64,000 bases of DNA from Planctomycetota bacterium. Its GTDB lineage: Bacteria > Planctomycetota > UBA11346. The notes under the pieces are model-generated. The model was not told the DNA's origin and made no database searches. It saw only the letters and a program-made list of their open reading frames with translations. Made by a program: the position numbers and the translations under genes. Location of the stretch: NCBI GenBank assembly GCA_038231435.1, contig JBBRLJ010000001.1, forward strand, positions 32,001 through 96,000, in the 5' to 3' direction. This document shows positions 56,419 to 64,000 of the stretch, one piece after another; position 1 is the stretch's first letter; the number at the start of each line of letters is the position of its first letter.

Positions 56419-57141
56419 CTAGAGGTGGCTGGCCACACCCCCGCCCGACGGGACTCCGGGGCACGCAATCCGCTCCACGCCGACCCCCCCTGGCGGGTCC
56501 GATCCGATGATGGCCTCGGTCCCGAACAGCGCATCCCAGAACGGGAACGTTCCCGCGAAGTTCCGCCCAACCTGGGACTCGTGATGGCGATGGTGGAAGG
56601 CCGGCGTCGCCACCACCCGCTCCAGCAAGCCGAAGCGCACACTGACGTCCGCGTGCAGGAACGACGTCCACGCCTTGCGGATCAGCACCAGGGCGATGAC
56701 GTCCGACAGCGAGGCGCCGAGGACGGCGCCGGGGATGCCAGCGGCGACGCCGTGCAGGACGAAGTCCACGGGATGCTGGCGCCAGGCCTCGAGCCAGTTC
56801 AGCCCAACCGAGGCATGGTGCACGCGATGGATGCGCCACAACCACGGGACCCGGTGCATGGCGCGATGCAGCAGATAGCCCAGCAGATCCGCGAGCACGA
56901 AGGCGGCGATGAGCCGGCCAGGAGTGGCGGCTTCGCTGCTGTCGCACCAGCGTTCGAGCGGCGCGAGTAGCGCTGGAGCAAGTGCGTTCATCAACAGCGT
57001 GTTGCCCACGAAGAGCACGACGCACAGCAGCGCGGCGAGCGCCGGCTGCCGATGTCCTCGCTTGGGGAAGATCCGTTCGAGCGGGATGATCGTCCCCGCG
57101 CACAGCGCGAGGAACACCACGGCTCCGAGCAACGTCGGCAT
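56419..57141 (-). CDS. Sterol desaturase / fatty acid hydroxylase superfamily di-iron membrane enzyme
   Basis: PLERIFP; His boxes YLLHRAMH, WRIHRVHH, RQHP, FLHAD, TPAFHHRHH; NFAGTFPFWDALFGT. Confidence 0.92.
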   Translation of the reverse strand: MPTLLGAVVFLALCAGTIIPLERIFPKRGHRQPALAALLCVVLFVGNTLLMNALAPALLAPLERWCDSSEAATPGRLIAAFVLADLLGYLLHRAMHRVPWLWRIHRVHHASVGLNWLEAWRQHPVDFVLHGVAAGIPGAVLGASLSDVIALVLIRKAWTSFLHADVSVRFGLLERVVATPAFHHRHHESQVGRNFAGTFPFWDALFGTEAIIGSDPPGGVGVERIACPGVPSGGGVASHL

Positions 57142-57160
57142 GGCCCGTCTCCGCTGTGAC

Positions 57161-57529
57161 TCAATAGCCTTCGTACGCGCCGAACGCGATCGGACCGCCA
57201 CCCATCGATGCCCACTGGAGCAGGGCATACACGCCGACGATCGCCACGATCCCGCTCAGCAGCAGCATCCGTACGCGATGCCTGGCGTTTGCCGGCGCGC
57301 GCGGCGCCAGTCCGATCGGGGGCGGTGCCACGGCGGGCAGCCTGATCAGCGCCGGAGACGCCACCGATGGCGCCGTGCCGGCGTTCTTGGCCATCCATTG
57401 CTTGAGGATGTCACCCCATGCCTTCGGGACGTGACGTGGTCCAGCCTGCTGCTGGCGTCGCGCGCCGAGCAGGGCGGGATTCACGATCCAGCGCGATCCG
57501 TGGCTGAAGGCTTCCGTGCGGTGGTTCAT
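57161..57529 (-). CDS. Small membrane protein ending in IAFGAYEGY
   Basis: AGGAGAGGAG RBS; C-proximal TM LLLSGIVAIVGVYALLQWA; 19 nt upstream of the desaturase. Confidence 0.72.
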   Translation of the reverse strand: MNHRTEAFSHGSRWIVNPALLGARRQQQAGPRHVPKAWGDILKQWMAKNAGTAPSVASPALIRLPAVAPPPIGLAPRAPANARHRVRMLLLSGIVAIVGVYALLQWASMGGGPIAFGAYEGY

Positions 57530-57543
57530 GGTCGGCTCCTCTC

Positions 57544-57583
57544 CTGGCGATGGCTGTCCGGACTGGCGATGGCTACCCGGACT
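57544..57583. repeat. 19-bp tandem direct repeat, two copies
   Basis: CTGGCGATGGCTGTCCGGA / CTGGCGATGGCTACCCGGA, directly upstream of the RBS of the 57529 gene. Confidence 0.7.
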
Positions 57584-57725
57584 ACACGACAAGATACGCG
57601 CGGCTTCCCGTGCCGTTCTGGTGAAAGATGTCCCTCGATTGCCACGGACGCGCAATCTCGGGCGGGATCGTCCCGCACTTCGGCAATGCCTGTGACCCAG
57701 CCGAGCTCTCGGCGATCCAGCTCCC

Positions 57726-58052
57726 TCAGTAGCCCTCGTACCTGCCGAAACTGATCCTGGGGCGTTCGATCGTGGAGCCCTGCCCGGCTCGTATTCCAGC
57801 TGTCGACGCGGCGGTCGACGACCGGGGGCCCGGCGCGGCGGCACGGGGCGGGGTGGCCGCGGCAGTCGCGGACGGCGCGTCTTCCATCCGCGCCGGCGCC
57901 TGGGCCCGCGTCACAGGCGATGCCGACACCGGGGGCAGCGGGCGCGCCTTCACGACGACGACCGCCGCCGCGCCCAGCGAGAAGATCATGGACAGCACGC
58001 CCAGGAGGACGGTGCCATCGGATGGCCGTGGCTTACGGATGCGGCGGTGCAT
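57726..58052 (-). CDS. Small membrane-anchored protein ending in ISFGRYEGY
   Basis: GGAGG RBS; basic N-terminus, TM VLLGVLSMIFSLGAAAVVVV, Pro/Ala/Thr linker, C-terminal motif shared with 57161-57529. Confidence 0.72.
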   Translation of the reverse strand: MHRRIRKPRPSDGTVLLGVLSMIFSLGAAAVVVVKARPLPPVSASPVTRAQAPARMEDAPSATAAATPPRAAAPGPRSSTAASTAGIRAGQGSTIERPRISFGRYEGY

Positions 58053-58143
58053 GGATCGCCTCCATCACCATGAACGCGGCTTGGACGCCCAGGTTCACCG
58101 CGCGGTGGCTGGATTCCGCGCATTCCAGCGTCACCATCCGCTC

Positions 58144-58548
58144 GTGCTCATCACTCCGATCACCATCCGCCTGATCGTCTATGGCCAGAAGGCCAATGTC
58201 TCCGCCATCCGCGGCCGCGCCGCGGATCTCCTGAAAGAGGAGCACGGCAAGGCCGATGGATCGTGCTTCGTCGAGACACCTGCGGCCGATGTCCACGCCG
58301 AGATCATCGCCACGCGCTGGGACGACGAGGTGGTGCTCAAGAAGCCCACCCCGAGCCAGGCCGGCATCGTCATCACGCTGCCAGAGGTCCACGAACGCCT
58401 GACCACCGAGTGGCTCCATGAATTGCCGGTGGCCAAGACCTGCGTCGCGTTCGCTACCTGGAACGGCGCGCGTGATCCCGTGTCCTGGCAGCTGCTGATG
58501 GCCCTGGGTGGACACTGGTCGGAAAATCGCCCGTTCGGATCGACGTGA
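58144..58548 (+). CDS. Hypothetical protein
   Basis: GC3-biased 3' part of ORF 57772-58548; start is an estimate. Confidence 0.45.
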   Translation: MLITPITIRLIVYGQKANVSAIRGRAADLLKEEHGKADGSCFVETPAADVHAEIIATRWDDEVVLKKPTPSQAGIVITLPEVHERLTTEWLHELPVAKTCVAFATWNGARDPVSWQLLMALGGHWSENRPFGST

Positions 58549-58662
58549 TCGGCCATCCCGGCCCACAGCGTGCTCGACTTTCGACGACGTCCGCCACGGT
58601 CACCGAGTCCCTCTGCTCTCCTCCCCCATCGAGGCTCCCCCGTCGAATCTCCCCGTCAAAAA

Positions 58663-60351
58663 CTATAGCAACGACAGCTGCTTCGCTCCGTGCGTCGTGC
58701 CCAACACCCGGTCGACGAGATCACGAGCCTCGGACAGGTACCAGCCACGATCGATGACCGCGAGGTCCACCCGCGCGGGGTCCCACACCGGGATCGCTTG
58801 GGTGGCGACGGTAGAGGTCTCGCGATGTCCGGTCGATTGGACGATCGGCTCGCCGCCGCGTCCGACCACCCATCTGACCACGCGCTCGTCGACTGCGCGA
58901 CCGCCCCAGCTCAGATCCCGCGCCCGGCGCCACATGGCGAAATCGGTCACCACCGTGGATCCGGCGATCACGTCCTCCATGCGGCGCTGGTGGACGAGGT
59001 GTTCGACGGCCGCCCGCGCGACCACTGGAGCCGCCGAGCGCCGTGACGCCTCGGCCGCGTCGTCGTCCCCACCCGCGAACCTGCCCTTGGCCTTCACCAC
59101 CTCGCCATCCGGCCCCTGGGCCACGTAGTCATTCACGCTGGTGCGCCAGATCCGCCGGTAGGCGGTGCGCTCGAGCGTCAGGCCGGTCAGCGTCTCCCAC
59201 GCCGATGCACCAGCCTCGGCGTCGCCACGCACCACCACACCATCGGTGTTGGCCGAAATCAGCTCGCAACCGCTGGCCACGAGCCCATCGATCAGCTGCA
59301 GGAGCCTGAGTTGGCCGGTGAGCACCACGCGTAGCGCGTCCGGTGGCGAGAACAGTCCGCTGCGCGAATTCCCGAGCTGCCCGTACAAGCTGTTGATGAC
59401 GTATTTCAGCGCCTGGCTCGCGGTGTGGTCGCGCGCGCGTTTGGCTTCGAGGCGACGCGCCATCAGCAGCCCGACGCGGCGCGAGAAATCCGGCAGCTGC
59501 GGCGGCGAGATGGCGTCGGCCGCAATGATGGATGGATAGTACGAGGCGACGTCCAGATCGACGAGCGGCCCGTCGATCGCTCCCGCCGGATCGCACGAAT
59601 GCAGGCCGCCGACGCCGAGCGCGAGTTCGGCGGAACCAACAGTGAAGGTGCCTCCGGCGGCGGGCGCGAGCGACAGCCGGCCGCGATCGTCCCAGCGCAC
59701 CGAGCCATCGAGGATCGAGCGCATCGCCGCGCGCGCGTCGTCTCCTGTGGCCTGGAAACGCTCCGGCCGGCTCAGCAGTTCGCTCACCGGAACCTCGCCG
59801 GGCACCACCGCGCGCTGCACCTGATCGCGGCGCAAGCCCTCGAGCACCACCGTCTCGGCCAGCTGGCCGGTCGCCGACAGCCACGCGGCATCGCCGATCC
59901 ACGGATGATAATCGAGCAGGCGCTGGCGCACCGCCACCTGGCCGGCGTACCGCTCCATGAGTCGCGCGATGGTCTCGGCCGCCACCAGCGCGTCGCCCAT
60001 CGGCAGCGCCAGGCCGGCCCTGCAACACGCCCCGTCCAGATCGCCGACGATGATGCTGGCGTCGATGGTACGGGCCCATCGGCGCGGGTACCGGCGCAGC
60101 GCGCGGACCAGGTGGCGGTCTGCAGGCGCGCCACCGGCGAAGACCGAGGGCGCCCCCTCGTCACCGGCGGCGATCGCGCACAGCAATCGCTCGCCATCCC
60201 ACGGCGACAACTCGCCCTGGGACTCCGTAACGATGGTGAGGCCAGGGTCGTCGAGCAGCTGCCGGGCCACGTCCCAAGGCAGGATCCGGCTCCTGCCAGC
60301 GGCATGCACGGCGAGACCCGCGCCAGTAGGCAGGACGGCTGCGGTGGGCAC
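58663..60351 (-). CDS. Family B DNA polymerase-like protein (phage-type catalytic core)
   Basis: GVGGLHS, motif A DLDVASYYPSII, motif B RLEAK..ALKYVINSLYGQLG, LTGQL, motif C ISANTDGV, VNDY, KAKG; start is an estimate. Confidence 0.87.
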   Translation of the reverse strand: MPTAAVLPTGAGLAVHAAGRSRILPWDVARQLLDDPGLTIVTESQGELSPWDGERLLCAIAAGDEGAPSVFAGGAPADRHLVRALRRYPRRWARTIDASIIVGDLDGACCRAGLALPMGDALVAAETIARLMERYAGQVAVRQRLLDYHPWIGDAAWLSATGQLAETVVLEGLRRDQVQRAVVPGEVPVSELLSRPERFQATGDDARAAMRSILDGSVRWDDRGRLSLAPAAGGTFTVGSAELALGVGGLHSCDPAGAIDGPLVDLDVASYYPSIIAADAISPPQLPDFSRRVGLLMARRLEAKRARDHTASQALKYVINSLYGQLGNSRSGLFSPPDALRVVLTGQLRLLQLIDGLVASGCELISANTDGVVVRGDAEAGASAWETLTGLTLERTAYRRIWRTSVNDYVAQGPDGEVVKAKGRFAGGDDDAAEASRRSAAPVVARAAVEHLVHQRRMEDVIAGSTVVTDFAMWRRARDLSWGGRAVDERVVRWVVGRGGEPIVQSTGHRETSTVATQAIPVWDPARVDLAVIDRGWYLSEARDLVDRVLGTTHGAKQLSLL

Positions 60352-60433
60352 GTGGAAAGCGTCGACGAGCGGAGGATGAAGGAACCGAATTGTCGCCGCC
60401 CATCGGCCCTGGCGACCGATCCATGACGCCCGA

Positions 60434-63337
<2,904 letters not shown>

Positions 63338-63440
63338 GTCATCACGAGTATAACCCACGAAGCTTCCCCCGTCCATGCGATGCGGCCGATTCCCCAGGCG
63401 CGGATTCCGGGCCGCGCTAGCGTGGCCCATCACGACGAGC

Positions 63441-64000
63441 ATGCGCAAGCGCCCAACACCCACACCGCATCCGCGTCGCACGCGACCCCGCGGCGGACCG
63501 CCGTCATCCACCCATGCCCAAGGTGGGGCCGCCACCGCGGGTGCGGAGCGCTACGACCTCGCGCGACTCGCCAAGGCCCATCCTCCCTTGCAGCGCTGGC
63601 TGCGCCGCTCCCCCTCGGGCGATGACACCATCGACTTCTCCGACGCGCGCGCGGTGCGCGATCTCAACCATGCGATCGTCGCCGACGCCTACGGGATCAC
63701 GGCGTGGGACGCGCCCGCGGACACGCTCTGTCCTGGAGTTCCCGGACGTCGCGACTACGTGCGCGGGATCGCCGGACTGCTCGCCGGCGATCGCGGCGGG
63801 GTGATCCCGCGCGGGCTGGACGTGCGTGTGTTCGACGTGGGCGTGGGAGCCGCCTGCATCTATCCGATCATCGGGCGAGGCGAATACGGCTGGCGGTTCA
63901 TCGGTTCGGACGTTGACGCCGTCGCCATCGCGAGCGCCAAGCGCATCGCGCAGGCGAACCTGCTCCTGCGCGACGCCGTCGAGATCCGCATCCAGTCCAC
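63441..64000 (+). CDS. rlmF: 23S rRNA (adenine1618-N6)-methyltransferase, 5' part, runs off the window
   Basis: Translated by hand (absent from the ORF track): RYDLARL..TIDFSDARAVRDLN..YGITAWD..LCPGVPGRRDYV..DVGVGAACIYPIIGRGEYGWRFIGSDVD. Confidence 0.9.
   Translation, partial: MRKRPTPTPHPRRTRPRGGPPSSTHAQGGAATAGAERYDLARLAKAHPPLQRWLRRSPSGDDTIDFSDARAVRDLNHAIVADAYGITAWDAPADTLCPGVPGRRDYVRGIAGLLAGDRGGVIPRGLDVRVFDVGVGAACIYPIIGRGEYGWRFIGSDVDAVAIASAKRIAQANLLLRDAVEIRIQS

Noticed and set aside
58144..60351. Prophage or pipolin around the PolB gene
   Set aside because: No integrase, att-like repeats, structural or replication genes, and no visible compositional shift

Overview
High-GC bacterial chromosomal segment. 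DWG-type membrane Ser/Thr kinases, many prepilin-like proteins, PhyH dioxygenases and PmoA/DUF6807 suggest Planctomycetota/PVC, by inference only. In order: a Ser/Thr kinase; a divergent pair of operons with eight type IV prepilin/pseudopilin-like proteins; a ~23 kb minus-strand carbohydrate cluster (beta-propeller protein, two paralogous large secreted clan-A-like glycoside hydrolases flanking an AlgI/AlgJ-type O-acetylation cassette, GH65-like, PhyH, PmoA-like, SGNH acetylesterase, GH78); a secreted esterase-Ig-PA14 protein; four AraC regulators, three divergent from PhyH or GH genes; an excisionase-like HTH fused to a GspE/PilB ATPase with a degenerate Walker B; a di-iron desaturase preceded by two small membrane proteins sharing the C-terminal motif I-x-F-G-x-Y-E-G-Y; an orphan family B DNA polymerase ending in a beta-clamp-type motif; an LRR Ser/Thr kinase; and the 5' part of rlmF. 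No rRNA, tRNA, CRISPR array, transposase or integrase was seen. Best leads: the FGxYEGY peptide/desaturase operon, the HTH-ATPase with 10-bp phased upstream repeats, a shared TATAT-N-AGYGAATCAC site upstream of three secreted-protein operons, and the orphan PolB. All calls come from motif reading; no searches were run.
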